From Patescibacteria group bacterium (GTDB lineage: Bacteria > Patescibacteriota > Patescibacteriia > UM-FILTER-42-10): DNA of 64,000 nt. The notes under the pieces are model-generated. The model saw only the letters and a program-made list of their open reading frames with translations. It was not told the DNA's origin and did not search any database. Position numbers and translations under genes: made by a program. Within the stretch, counting starts at the first letter, position 1, and the number at the start of each line of letters is the position of its first letter. Positions 37,187 through 46,861 of the stretch are shown piece by piece. The stretch spans positions 25,007-89,006 of the forward strand of contig JBAYGC010000003.1 of the NCBI GenBank assembly GCA_041666845.1, read 5' to 3'.

Positions 37187-38455
37187 TTATTCGGTAGTAT
37201 ATTCCTGCGTGCTGGGAATAATGTGAATCCAGGTACTACCCCGACCCAGATCAATCTCCTGACCATTTGAGTCAAAATATCTTGTTTTAGTCGTCCGGTC
37301 GGGCTTCTTCCAAGTACCCTCAATCACTTCCCCGTGGCGGGCAACCAGCGCACGTCCTTCGCCCTGTATATCAAAAGTTAATCTGCCTTTTTCACCGATT
37401 GAAACCACCGGCGGAATCTCCACTACAATAACATTCTTTGCACGGATTTGTTGATCAGTGTTCCGGTCTTTATGTGCCACCCCTGCATTAAAACGCAAAT
37501 ACTCATCAGTCTCCCGATCATATTGATATTCCACTTCATAATTATATCCTGAAAAACGGATAATAACTTTTTTTGCGTCAACCGGACGGTCTGCAAGTTC
37601 CGGATCACTACTATAGATACCTAATTCAAATTGTGGCTGCTCTGTTTCAAGTCCTAAATCCCTTAATGCGTATCCCAATAATTCTTTTGAAGTGTACAGG
37701 TTATGCGGAGCCGACTGGGTGTTGTCCCGCCAAAAATATTGACCCTTCCGTAATGCATCCAAATCTCTGAGTCCTAAGCCTTGGATTGCTCCCAGAGCCT
37801 CCGGACTACCACCAGCATGTGTATAGAGCCCGTTGTATTCTGATATCCATTCCAAATAATACGGCCGTGCGGAACGCACCGGTCCTATTTTATCCGGCAG
37901 TTCTTTCGGATCAAACACAACTAAAAATCGGGTAGAGAAACCTTCTACCAGCGCTTCGTAAACAACCTGCGCCTTGGAAAGCCCGGACTGCGGACGAACG
38001 GAAGGGAGATTTTCAATCATCACCCCGACCGGCAGTAAAGAAGAATCTTCGTTAGCTACTATTCTTCCGTCGATTAATCTTGCTTTAGTTAAAGACGCCT
38101 CTTCCGTGCTTTTATTGGTATTCACAACACTGGAATTAGCGTCACCAGATGTAAAAATATCTTTGACTTCACCCGCCATGGCACTGATTAAAATCCAGCT
38201 GACAACCGCTCCGACTAACAGAAACATTCCGATAACTAACACGGGTTTTTTACTGAATAAATTCTTTAACGGATTATTACTGTTTGTATTCTTTTTTTCA
38301 GCAGTTTTGTCTTCTCTTCCAGAATCGTCAGCTTTTTTCTCAACCTCTTTTTTACTTTCAACTTTTACGTCATTTTTCTTGTCTACATCTTCCGGAATAT
38401 TCTGTTGCTTCTCCTGATCGTTATTTTTTTTATTTTTCTTTTTTGTCTTACTCAT
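37187..38455 (-). CDS. DUF3048 (YerB-like) extracytoplasmic protein with Lys/Glu-rich N-terminal tail and TM anchor
   Basis: VMIENLPSVRPQSGLSKAQVVYEALVEGFSTRFLVVF..GPVRSARPYYLEWISEYNGLYTHAGGSPEAL block; paralog of 39113..40180. Confidence 0.5.
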   Translation of the reverse strand: MSKTKKKNKKNNDQEKQQNIPEDVDKKNDVKVESKKEVEKKADDSGREDKTAEKKNTNSNNPLKNLFSKKPVLVIGMFLLVGAVVSWILISAMAGEVKDIFTSGDANSSVVNTNKSTEEASLTKARLIDGRIVANEDSSLLPVGVMIENLPSVRPQSGLSKAQVVYEALVEGFSTRFLVVFDPKELPDKIGPVRSARPYYLEWISEYNGLYTHAGGSPEALGAIQGLGLRDLDALRKGQYFWRDNTQSAPHNLYTSKELLGYALRDLGLETEQPQFELGIYSSDPELADRPVDAKKVIIRFSGYNYEVEYQYDRETDEYLRFNAGVAHKDRNTDQQIRAKNVIVVEIPPVVSIGEKGRLTFDIQGEGRALVARHGEVIEGTWKKPDRTTKTRYFDSNGQEIDLGRGSTWIHIIPSTQEYTTE

Positions 38456-38544
38456 TTTTTATTATGATAAATATTACAGAACGCTAGCTAAGCATAATAG
38501 AACTTAAGGTCTGAAGCAATTTCCTTAGCTTGCAAAGTTTATGA

Positions 38545-39096
38545 TTACAGAGGCAACATGTCACCCTGATGATAACATATAAACTGCTGTGGCAGTCCTA
38601 ATCCAACTAGAATTGGGCAATCATTTTTCCCGCTGGCTGCATTTCCTTCAAGGTATGAAATTAAATAATAGCCTTTGAGCGCACTACCTGATGGATAAGA
38701 TATGGAAGTATAACCGTAACATAAAAGCGGGGTCATTCTATATAGTGGATCGTTTGGAGTTGTTGCCATAATCCCTGTTTGCGTCAATGGAGATAAAAAA
38801 ACGTCCTTACTGCCACCCTCCAAACAACTGAGATCCCAATTGAATCCGTATATATTTGTTATATCCTCTTCCCCATAGCCCGTTGCCGTAGAATTATCCG
38901 GATATCTGCCATACCGATCATAATATATCTCTAAAGCATTTGCTATTTGCGAAAGATCAGCTTTACGTTTCACATTTCTGGCATCGGTTCGCGCGCTATT
39001 CAAAGCAACCACCGCGATTGTTGCCAGCAGACCGATTATGGCAATGACAACCAACAGCTCAATTAATGTGAAGCCATTGGGGTGTTTTGATTTCAT
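38545..39096 (-). CDS. type IV pilin-like protein (prepilin N-terminal cleavage/methylation domain)
   Basis: MKSKHPNG|FTLIELLVVIAIIGLLATIAV class III signal peptide (start chosen at 39096; ORF extends to 39126). Confidence 0.75.
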   Translation of the reverse strand: MKSKHPNGFTLIELLVVIAIIGLLATIAVVALNSARTDARNVKRKADLSQIANALEIYYDRYGRYPDNSTATGYGEEDITNIYGFNWDLSCLEGGSKDVFLSPLTQTGIMATTPNDPLYRMTPLLCYGYTSISYPSGSALKGYYLISYLEGNAASGKNDCPILVGLGLPQQFICYHQGDMLPL

Positions 39097-39112
39097 CAAA
39101 GTAGAATAAAAT

Positions 39113-40180
39113 TTAGTTATATTCAACTGTTCGATCCGTCGGTACTATCTGAATCCAAGTTGGACCCGGATTCAGTTCAATTTCCTTACCGTCGGATGTA
39201 TTATAAAACCTTGTCCTTCCCGCCTGATCTTTTTTCTCCCAAGTCGCATTAATCATTTCACCGTCCTGGAACAACAGAGCTCCCCCCTCCCCGATTGTAT
39301 CCATCGCCAGTCTTGAAGAGTCCGCCATACTCGTTTTAACATATTGGACAATAACATTTTTGGCAAACAACTGATTACCCGTAACATAGTCGGTATGCGG
39401 TTCATCTCCATCTTCTCTCAGGTAACGATTATTCTCGAAATCATACTGATAACTGACTTTATAACTGAACGTTGAATAATCGATGGTAATTTTTTTGGTT
39501 TCATTTACTCTCTGCGATGCCGTCTTTTCTTTCTTAAACAACCACGGCTCATAATCCCCATCCCCGGTAATCCCCTTGTCTCTCAGCGCGAAAGCCAGGA
39601 GTTCTGAAGACGTAAACAGCGTATGTTCACTGGCTGTTGATCGGGAAGGATCACGCCAAAAATACGCGTGTTGTCCGCCGATTTGATCCAGATTGGTAAT
39701 GTTATCAATCTTCGGTATCAGCCTAATCGCATCCGGACTACCCCCTGCATGCGCGTAAAGCGGATTGTATTCAGCCACCCAATCCAAATAGTAGGGGCGG
39801 GCGCTTCTAACAGGTCCAATCTCTTTTATTTCATCATATGTCGCATATATTGCCAGGAATCGGGTGATACCGCCTTCTGCTAATGCTTCATATACCACGC
39901 CTGCTTTATCCAATCCTGACTGCGGACGGACTGTAGCAAGGTTCTCCACCATTACAGCAATTGGATAATGATTTTCCTCCCCCTTTGTGACCGGCACACC
40001 ATCCAGAACGCGTGGAGCCTGTTTCCCGGTGGCGTTTGAATTTATTTCTATGTTCTGATCCATTGAACCGCCACTAAAAACAAAATAACTGATCATTACA
40101 ACAAAACCTACTACCACGACAACCAGTAAAGTAATTTTAGTGGACTTTTTGTTAAAAAACTTCTTTATTTTTTCAGACAT
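39113..40180 (-). CDS. DUF3048 (YerB-like) extracytoplasmic protein, paralog
   Basis: VMVENLATVRPQSGLDKAGVVYEALAEGGITRFLAIY..GPVRSARPYYLDWVAEYNPLYAHAGGSPDAI. Start set to MSEKIKKFF (40180); the upstream extension (to 40297) overlaps rplY. Confidence 0.5.
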   Translation of the reverse strand: MSEKIKKFFNKKSTKITLLVVVVVGFVVMISYFVFSGGSMDQNIEINSNATGKQAPRVLDGVPVTKGEENHYPIAVMVENLATVRPQSGLDKAGVVYEALAEGGITRFLAIYATYDEIKEIGPVRSARPYYLDWVAEYNPLYAHAGGSPDAIRLIPKIDNITNLDQIGGQHAYFWRDPSRSTASEHTLFTSSELLAFALRDKGITGDGDYEPWLFKKEKTASQRVNETKKITIDYSTFSYKVSYQYDFENNRYLREDGDEPHTDYVTGNQLFAKNVIVQYVKTSMADSSRLAMDTIGEGGALLFQDGEMINATWEKKDQAGRTRFYNTSDGKEIELNPGPTWIQIVPTDRTVEYN

Positions 40181-40205
40181 ATTTTTATTTCCAGGATAAG
40201 ATGGT

Positions 40206-40907
40206 TTATTTATCTTTGGTTTCTGCTTTCTTTTCCTTGCCCTTTTCCGCTTCAGTACCTTCAGCTTCAGCACCTTCAGCTTTAACTTCCTCCGCACCTT
40301 CCGGTACCTTGACGGTTATTTCTTCATTCAGTGCTTCCAGTTCCGCATCGGTCCTTGGCGCCTCTACCAATACGACTGCTTCATCTGGCTTGTCCATAAT
40401 TGTTACGTTTTCTGGAACATTCAAGTCTTTGACGTGAATAACAGTTTCAAAATCGGTAATTTTCGATATATCAACTTCTAATTCATGGATTAAGTCGCTT
40501 GGCAAACACTGGATCTCTAAATGATCAATGCTCTTAACCAATACCCCACCCATTTCTTTTACTGCCGGTGATTCGCCGATGAATTTAATATGCACTTCCG
40601 CGGTTACCTTCTCTTTCATATTGATTTGCCTGAAATCAACGTGAATCGGCAGATCCGTTTCTGGATCAAACTGGACATCCTGCACGAGAACCTTAATCGT
40701 GCTCCCATCATCAACCTTAAGATCAACCAATGTGCTACTACCAGCTTCTTCAAATACTTTTTTAAACGTCAAAAAATCAAGCTCTAATGATTGAGTTTCA
40801 ATACTGGGTCCATATACAACCGCCGGAATAATTTTTTGCTCGCGCAGTTTTTTTACGTCTTTCCCCGTTAGTGTTCTTTTTTTTGCATTTAGAATCAAGG
40901 TGTCCAT
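40206..40907 (-). CDS. rplY: 50S ribosomal protein L25 / general stress protein Ctc (with acidic-Lys C-terminal tail)
   Basis: L25-type N-terminal beta-barrel (LNAKKRTLTGKDVKKLREQKIIPAVVYG) plus a Ctc-type second domain. Confidence 0.75.
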   Translation of the reverse strand: MDTLILNAKKRTLTGKDVKKLREQKIIPAVVYGPSIETQSLELDFLTFKKVFEEAGSSTLVDLKVDDGSTIKVLVQDVQFDPETDLPIHVDFRQINMKEKVTAEVHIKFIGESPAVKEMGGVLVKSIDHLEIQCLPSDLIHELEVDISKITDFETVIHVKDLNVPENVTIMDKPDEAVVLVEAPRTDAELEALNEEITVKVPEGAEEVKAEGAEAEGTEAEKGKEKKAETKDK

Positions 40908-40941
40908 CTTATTCCTTTCGTGATTATGATTACATTATTAT

Positions 40942-41289
40942 TTATTCAGCTTTTTGAATGTGTTCAAGTAATTGACCACTTGAAAGCTCCAAATGAAGAT
41001 CAAGCACATCATTGGATGTTACTTCATCACCATCTTTAAATTTCAAAACGTCATCACTAGTTAGATCTGTAATTAATCCTACCGAACTGATGCCGATTGC
41101 CCCATTCAAAACAAGGGCAACAATCGAACTGTTGCAGCTTTTGCATTTGATATGAACCAAATGCGCATCCTCGCGTTCATCCAGTATTCTCGCCGACAGC
41201 GGGTTATACTGGGTGTTGCACAGAGGACAATACGATATTAGTTTAATCCCCTCTCCCTGGAGATAAGGATCATTGGGTGATTTCATCAT
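40942..41289 (-). CDS. hypothetical zinc-ribbon protein (CPLC...CKSC)
   Basis: Two CxxC pairs; 115 aa. Confidence 0.4.
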   Translation of the reverse strand: MMKSPNDPYLQGEGIKLISYCPLCNTQYNPLSARILDEREDAHLVHIKCKSCNSSIVALVLNGAIGISSVGLITDLTSDDVLKFKDGDEVTSNDVLDLHLELSSGQLLEHIQKAE

Positions 41290-41393
41290 TCTGTATTTTT
41301 TATGTATTCCGATTATATCACAAATTTTGTGATAAAGTCAACCCCGTTTTAGACGGGGTATAAGGGTGTTTGGTATCACTTTTAGTGAAGTAA

Positions 41394-41885
41394 TTATCCC
41401 AAGATTTGGAGGACTTCAGCAAATGGCATAATCATACCGTCAACAAGGGGTTGCAACCCCTTGTTGCATGGCAAATTGTGCTTCTCTCTATTATATTGGA
41501 TGTACTCTATAGTATTCATCATTTGCTCATCACTTTCTATGGGCGTATAGCTATATTTCTGTGCCCAAAGGTGAAATTCTTCCTTGTAACCATGCTTGTG
41601 TTTATAGAGCTGGGCTGATTTTCCTTTAAACTTCCTAATAATATTGTCTTTCTCTAACTCAGTACATAACAAAATCATATGGACATGATCGCGACAAATA
41701 TTATAGGCAATCACTCGCAGTTCTTCTTCGTGTACCATGTGAGCAATATATCTAGTTATCTCAACCTCATCATCATTATTCAATACCACCGGCTCACCTC
41801 TCTTTACACCAAATTGAACCATCCTTTCGCTCACTCGGCTATTATGAGTTACCCAGGTTATGTGATAAGGCAATAAATCTTCCAT
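41394..41885 (-). CDS. tnpA: IS200/IS605-family Y1 (HuH) transposase TnpA / RAYT-like
   Basis: YHITWVTHNSR N-terminus, HuH motif DHVHMILL, C-terminal FKGKSAQLY..HGY..EFHLWAQKYSYT..IEYIQYN matching the TnpA catalytic-Tyr region; 163 aa. Confidence 0.75.
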   Translation of the reverse strand: MEDLLPYHITWVTHNSRVSERMVQFGVKRGEPVVLNNDDEVEITRYIAHMVHEEELRVIAYNICRDHVHMILLCTELEKDNIIRKFKGKSAQLYKHKHGYKEEFHLWAQKYSYTPIESDEQMMNTIEYIQYNREKHNLPCNKGLQPLVDGMIMPFAEVLQILG

Positions 41886-41949
41886 CTCTTTGTTTTTGAT
41901 AAAACTTCTCGATAATCATACAGTCAACAAGGGGTTGCAACCCCTTGTT
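41429..41949 (-). mobile_element. minimal IS200/IS605-like element (tnpA only) bounded by 37-bp direct repeats, each containing the perfect hairpin CAACAAGGGGTTGCAACCCCTTGTTG; abuts the 3' end of tRNA-Glu
   Basis: ataatcatacCgtcaacaaggggttgcaaccccttgtt (41429-41465) versus ataatcatacAgtcaacaaggggttgcaaccccttgtt (41913-41949). Confidence 0.65.
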
Positions 41950-41953
41950 ACTC

Positions 41954-42028
41954 TGGTACCGCCTAGGGGAATCGAACCCCTGTTGCCAGGATGAGAACCT
42001 GGCGTCCTAACCACTAGACGAAGGCGGC
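41954..42028 (-). tRNA. tRNA-Glu (anticodon CUC)
   Basis: GCCGCCT-TC-GTCT-AGTGGTT-AGGAC-G-CCAGG-TTCTCAT-CCTGG-CAAC-AGGGG-TTCGATT-CCCCT-AGGCGGT-A-CCA; 75 nt. Confidence 0.85.
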
Positions 42029-42078
42029 ACAAAAGGCAGGGAGTAGTTTAACACACCCTGCCTTATAATTTCAAGTTT

Positions 42079-43086
42079 TTACAATTTCTTTCCCACTCTT
42101 TCAGCCATATCAACGAGACGGCTGGTGTATCCCCATTCATTGTCATACCAGGTTACTACTTTAACCAAATCACCGGCCACTACTTTAGTCAGGCTCAAAT
42201 CAACAATTGTAGAATGTGTATTACCAATAAAATCGGTTGATACCAGCGGTTCTTCAGTCACTCCCAAGATTCCCTTATACTGTTCCGTCTCCGATGCTGC
42301 TTTCAAGGCATTATTAACTTCTTCTTCAGTCACCTCTTTTTTTAACAGGATTGTTAAATCAGAAAGTGAAACGTCCATGGTTGGGACACGAACTGCGTAG
42401 CCGTCAAAAATACCTTTCAGATCCGGGATTGTGTTTCCCGTTGCCTTCGCGGCGCCGGTCGTTGTGGGTACAATATTTTCCGCAGCGGAACGTGCCCGAC
42501 GCAGATCTTTGTGCGGAGCATCAACCAGATTCTGATCAGCGGTATAGGAATGAATAGTCGTCAACATCGCCTTTTTAATCCCGAACACTCTGTGCAGCAC
42601 TTCCATAACCGGCGCAACTGAATTTGTCGTACACGATGCATTGTCAATTACGCAATCTTTTGTCGGGTCGTAGTCTCCGTCATTGACACCAATCACACAG
42701 CTTTTTACTCCATCCCCTTTTCCCGGAGCGGAAAGAATCACCTGTTTCGCACCGGCCTTGATATGCAGTTCGGCCTCTTCTTCCTTTCGAAATCTTCCCG
42801 TGCATTCCAAAACAATATCCACACCTAAATCTTTCCAAGGCAATTTAGATGGATCCTTTTCTTCATAAACTTTATAGTGCTTACCATCAACCGTAATTCC
42901 ATCTGCATCACCCTTTACCTTTCTATCATATGTACGATAAACCGTATCATGTTTTAAAAGATGAGCTAGTGTCTCATTATCGGCAAGATCGTTGATTGCA
43001 ACGACTTCTACCCCTTTTCTTTCCAGTGCTATTTTAAAAGCTGCACGGCCGATCCGGCCAAAACCATTAATAGCTATTTTAATCAT
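42079..43086 (-). CDS. gap: glyceraldehyde-3-phosphate dehydrogenase
   Basis: NGFGRIGR Rossmann motif and active-site SCTTNS. Confidence 0.9.
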   Translation of the reverse strand: MIKIAINGFGRIGRAAFKIALERKGVEVVAINDLADNETLAHLLKHDTVYRTYDRKVKGDADGITVDGKHYKVYEEKDPSKLPWKDLGVDIVLECTGRFRKEEEAELHIKAGAKQVILSAPGKGDGVKSCVIGVNDGDYDPTKDCVIDNASCTTNSVAPVMEVLHRVFGIKKAMLTTIHSYTADQNLVDAPHKDLRRARSAAENIVPTTTGAAKATGNTIPDLKGIFDGYAVRVPTMDVSLSDLTILLKKEVTEEEVNNALKAASETEQYKGILGVTEEPLVSTDFIGNTHSTIVDLSLTKVVAGDLVKVVTWYDNEWGYTSRLVDMAERVGKKL

Positions 43087-43096
43087 TTTTTATATA

Positions 43097-43891
43097 TTAA
43101 GAATTAAGCTTGGAATTAATAAACTTTTTTGCCAGGTTATAAATCATCCCGATGAATACTTCCGGTTTAAGACTGGAGCCACCGACTAGCACACCGTGAA
43201 TATTTTCATTATCAACAAAATCAGTAATGTTTTTATCATCAACACTGCCTCCATATAGAATCCTGATTTTTTCATCAATTGTTTTTTGCGGATATATATC
43301 TTTCAGCGTGTATTTGATCAATCCAATTGCGGAATGTGCTTCATTTGGATCAATCGCTTCTCCCCTGCCGATTACCCATACTGGTTCATAGGCGATGATC
43401 AGCTGGTTGAAACAGTCAATACCCTTTAAGGCGTTGGCAATTTCATTCATAATCACAATGTCTCTTTTGCCATCCTGGCGCTCTTCATATTTCTCACCGA
43501 CGCAGATAATCGGAACCAAACCGTACTGTAGTGCTAGCTTTACTTTCTTATTGATTTCAACATCGGTTTCGCATAAATGAATGCGTCGTTCGGAATGTCC
43601 CAAAATTACGTAATGACACCCCATATCTTTCAGCATACGCACCGATACTTCTCCGGTATAAGAACCGTCCTCCTTCCAGAACATATTTTGTGATCCCAAA
43701 GATATGCTGGTTTTTGCAATCACTCTCTGTACTCTTTCCATTGCCGGATATGAAGGACAAATACCAATTTCAACCGGCAAACCTTCTGGTGGCAGACCGG
43801 CAACAACTTTTTTGGCAATTGTTTCCGACTCATAAGGAGTCAGATTCATCTTCCAGTTACCAATAACGAAAGGAAAGTTTAGTTCAGGCAT
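43097..43891 (-). CDS. tpiA: triosephosphate isomerase
   Basis: GNWKMN, ILGHSERR, and the IAYEPVWVIG.G active-site blocks. Confidence 0.9.
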   Translation of the reverse strand: MPELNFPFVIGNWKMNLTPYESETIAKKVVAGLPPEGLPVEIGICPSYPAMERVQRVIAKTSISLGSQNMFWKEDGSYTGEVSVRMLKDMGCHYVILGHSERRIHLCETDVEINKKVKLALQYGLVPIICVGEKYEERQDGKRDIVIMNEIANALKGIDCFNQLIIAYEPVWVIGRGEAIDPNEAHSAIGLIKYTLKDIYPQKTIDEKIRILYGGSVDDKNITDFVDNENIHGVLVGGSSLKPEVFIGMIYNLAKKFINSKLNS

Positions 43892-43970
43892 ATGTATAAA
43901 AAATAATAATTGATATTAGCTCTTAGCCGAACGTTAAGTTCAGCATACAATAATGGTTACCTTTTGTAAA

Positions 43971-44900
43971 TTAATTTGACCATTCGAAATTATCAAATGC
44001 CCAGGTCGTTAATGCTTTGACTTCCTCAAATCTGGTATCGCTGGAATAGCTTCCTAGCACCACGACAATCACTTCGTTCCCATTTTCATTTTCTGCCTGT
44101 GCCACCATACAGTATCCGGCATCATACGTGAATCCGGTTTTTGCACCTTTAATATTCAGATAACTGTCGAGCAAAACATTCTGAGAAATTTGCTTATGGA
44201 ATTCTTTATTATCAAGTGTTATAAAAGAATGTTCCTTGCGGGTTGTCGCATCACTGATTTTCGGCTGAGCAAAAGCCACCTTGCCCAATTTTGCCAGGTC
44301 AGCAACTGTTGAAACATTTTCCGGATTTAAACCCGTAGGTTCTACATACTTGGTATTCCCCATTCCCAGACTAGCGGCTTTTTTATTCATTTCCGAAACA
44401 AATTCTTCTCCGCTCATCCCAGTTGCATGGACCAACGCCTGCGTCGCATTATTAGCTGATCCGACTAAACTTGCGTAAAACAGATCTTCCACAGTCATAT
44501 GGTCATTGCTTTTTACCTGCACCCGAGATCCTTCCAGGCCGTTTTCGCCAACACCAATCTGACCGACCTGATCAAACCCGGGGTTATGCTCCAAAAAAAC
44601 AAGCGCAGTCATTAGTTTGGTAACGCTGGCAATTGAGTGCTGGCGGTTCGGTTCCTTCTGAAATAATATTTTTCCGGTATCCTTGTCCATTACCAATGCC
44701 GAACTGGAGGTAAGATAAATGCCGGAGCTGTCGGAAATTTTTTCCGGAAGCAGATCAGCGGGTACTGCTGACTCCTGGACATTTAGCTGTACAGTATTAT
44801 TTTCATTTAATGAAGGCACTAACTCGCCGTTCGCACCTTGAATTATCGGTGGAAACAGCTGTCCAAAAAAAACAATTCCAATTATCAGATAGTAAACCAT
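43971..44900 (-). CDS. D-alanyl-D-alanine carboxypeptidase (peptidase S11, PBP5/6-like)
   Basis: SxxK (SIASVTK), SxN (SANN), KTG (GAKTGFT) motifs; N-terminal TM. Confidence 0.75.
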   Translation of the reverse strand: MVYYLIIGIVFFGQLFPPIIQGANGELVPSLNENNTVQLNVQESAVPADLLPEKISDSSGIYLTSSSALVMDKDTGKILFQKEPNRQHSIASVTKLMTALVFLEHNPGFDQVGQIGVGENGLEGSRVQVKSNDHMTVEDLFYASLVGSANNATQALVHATGMSGEEFVSEMNKKAASLGMGNTKYVEPTGLNPENVSTVADLAKLGKVAFAQPKISDATTRKEHSFITLDNKEFHKQISQNVLLDSYLNIKGAKTGFTYDAGYCMVAQAENENGNEVIVVVLGSYSSDTRFEEVKALTTWAFDNFEWSN

Positions 44901-44902
44901 AC

Positions 44903-45481
44903 TTATGCCTGTTCTTCTTTTACCTTTTCAACACTCTCTTCCTCATCATCTTCATGCAATAGCGCTTCCAGATTGTTATCGCTGTTTAACTTTTCATAAT
45001 CCGGCAATTCTTTTACATCATTTATCCCCAAGAATCTCATGAAATCAAAAGTAATCCGATAGTATGTCAGCTTGTCCTTGCTATTCTCTTCACCTTCGAT
45101 CAAACCCTTGATCAATAAATTGCGCAAAATCAAACTGCAATTAACTCCACGGATCATTTCCAGTTCCCCCTTGGTAACCGGCGCCCGGTAAGCGATGATG
45201 GTTAACGTTTCAAGCGACGGCTTGGTTAACTCGCCCGTTTGTTCGTCTTTCAGGTATTCTCGTACAACACCGGCATTATCGGGACTTGATACCAGCTCAA
45301 ATTTACTGCCATCACGCATCAGAGCAATTCCCTGCTTCCCTCCGTTATATTTTGCCATCAGCTCATGCAATGCTTCTTCAACATCTTTTTTTTCTTTTTT
45401 TACAATTTCTGCCAGTTTGTTGGCAGTGAGCGGTTTGTTCGCAATGAATAATAGGCTCTCAATCTCCGAAGATAGTGACAT
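44903..45481 (-). CDS. scpB: segregation and condensation protein B
   Basis: Tandem winged-helix pattern (ESLLFIANKPLT.. / ETLTIIAYRAPVTKGELEMIRGVN). Confidence 0.75.
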   Translation of the reverse strand: MSLSSEIESLLFIANKPLTANKLAEIVKKEKKDVEEALHELMAKYNGGKQGIALMRDGSKFELVSSPDNAGVVREYLKDEQTGELTKPSLETLTIIAYRAPVTKGELEMIRGVNCSLILRNLLIKGLIEGEENSKDKLTYYRITFDFMRFLGINDVKELPDYEKLNSDNNLEALLHEDDEEESVEKVKEEQA

Positions 45482-45498
45482 TCTATTAATATTAATAT

Positions 45499-46215
45499 TT
45501 ATATGTCTTCTAAATTATTATTTTGTTCAATATATATTTCCTCAAACACACTTTCCTGCATAACAACCACTGAACGCTGTTTTACTAATTCAAGTAACGC
45601 TAAAAAAGTAACAATCACTTCTGTTTTATTCTTCGACTGAGTTAGCAAATTTTTAAAACTCAACCTGGCTTCCGTAGAAATCGCGGTTTTGATTTGAGAA
45701 ATTTTTTCCTGGATGGAAACAGTTCTTTTAATCATTTCCTGTGGCAGTTTCACAATCGGCTCTATTCTTTCCAGCACTTCTTTAAAATAATCGCGTAGAT
45801 CTTTTGCGCTAATGCCTTGCGGAGGATTAAAAATCGGTTCAACTGTACGGACGCGGGAAGACTCTCTGAAATATGAGAATTTCTTTTTGCCGATCATTTT
45901 CTGGATATGTTTCGAAGCATCATAATATATCCGGTAGATTTTCAACTGCTTTTCCAAATCACCGGCTTCTTCTTCACCGTCTAATTGCAGTGACGGTAAT
46001 AATAACTTCGATTTGATCAGCAACAGCTTGGCAGCCACCACTAAAAAATCAGCCAGATCACCCGGTGGCAGATCCTGTACTTGTTCAATATATGCCAGAT
46101 ATTGTTCCGCAATATTGGCCAGTGATACTTCCGTTATGTCCAGCTCCTCTTTTTCGATCAATTGCAATAAAAGCGGTAACGGCCCCTGAAATTGTTCTAA
46201 TTCTATTTTATACAT
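45499..46215 (-). CDS. scpA: segregation and condensation protein A
   Basis: N-terminal FQGPLPLLLQLIEKEELDITEVSLANIAEQYLAYI ScpA signature; upstream of scpB. Confidence 0.8.
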   Translation of the reverse strand: MYKIELEQFQGPLPLLLQLIEKEELDITEVSLANIAEQYLAYIEQVQDLPPGDLADFLVVAAKLLLIKSKLLLPSLQLDGEEEAGDLEKQLKIYRIYYDASKHIQKMIGKKKFSYFRESSRVRTVEPIFNPPQGISAKDLRDYFKEVLERIEPIVKLPQEMIKRTVSIQEKISQIKTAISTEARLSFKNLLTQSKNKTEVIVTFLALLELVKQRSVVVMQESVFEEIYIEQNNNLEDI

Positions 46216-46267
46216 TTCTGAATTTACTAAATAAAAAACCCGAAGTACGATTCTTCAAACCTGTGAA

Positions 46268-46843
46268 TCATCTTTTCTTTTTGGTTTTGCCTTTTTTAGG
46301 AGCCTTTTTTGCCACTCTTTTTTTCTTGGCTTTCTTTTTGTTTTTAGACTGCTTCGGTTTTATAATGATATCGGACATGAATCTTTTGGCAAAAATTCCC
46401 TGAATCGGATCAACCATTTTTACATAATCTTTCACTTTCATCGCAATCGATTCTTTGAAAGAACCGGACCCCAATAAAACTCTAGTGGATTTATTCAGCG
46501 ATTTATCCATTACTACTTTTGTTTTATGGATAAAACCAAACGGGGTGATTGCTCCCGGTTTTACCTTGAATACTTTCTGCATCACATTTTCTTTGGCAAT
46601 TGTGATCTTTTTTGCATTCAATATTTTTTTCAGTTTGGTAAGATCCAGACGGTAATGCGCTGGCAGAACAACTAGGTAATATTCTTTTTCTGTTTTCACC
46701 AGCAATGTCTTGGCAATTTCACTTAATTTCAGTTTTAGCGTATTAGCCAAGTCAAAAGCAGTATAAACTTTTTTGTGTTCTATGATTTCGTATTTTGTCT
46801 TATTCTCATCCAGAGATCCAAGCAACTTTTTTGAAATTGGCAT
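46268..46843 (-). CDS. YbaK/ProX-type aminoacyl-tRNA deacylase domain protein with Lys-rich C-terminal tail
   Basis: YbaK-like core (..HKKVYTAFDLANTL....AKTLLVK......VVLPA..RLDLTKL) plus a KKKAKKKRVAKKAPKKGKTKKKR tail. Confidence 0.5.
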   Translation of the reverse strand: MPISKKLLGSLDENKTKYEIIEHKKVYTAFDLANTLKLKLSEIAKTLLVKTEKEYYLVVLPAHYRLDLTKLKKILNAKKITIAKENVMQKVFKVKPGAITPFGFIHKTKVVMDKSLNKSTRVLLGSGSFKESIAMKVKDYVKMVDPIQGIFAKRFMSDIIIKPKQSKNKKKAKKKRVAKKAPKKGKTKKKR

Positions 46844-46861
46844 ATTATTAATTTGTTATTA

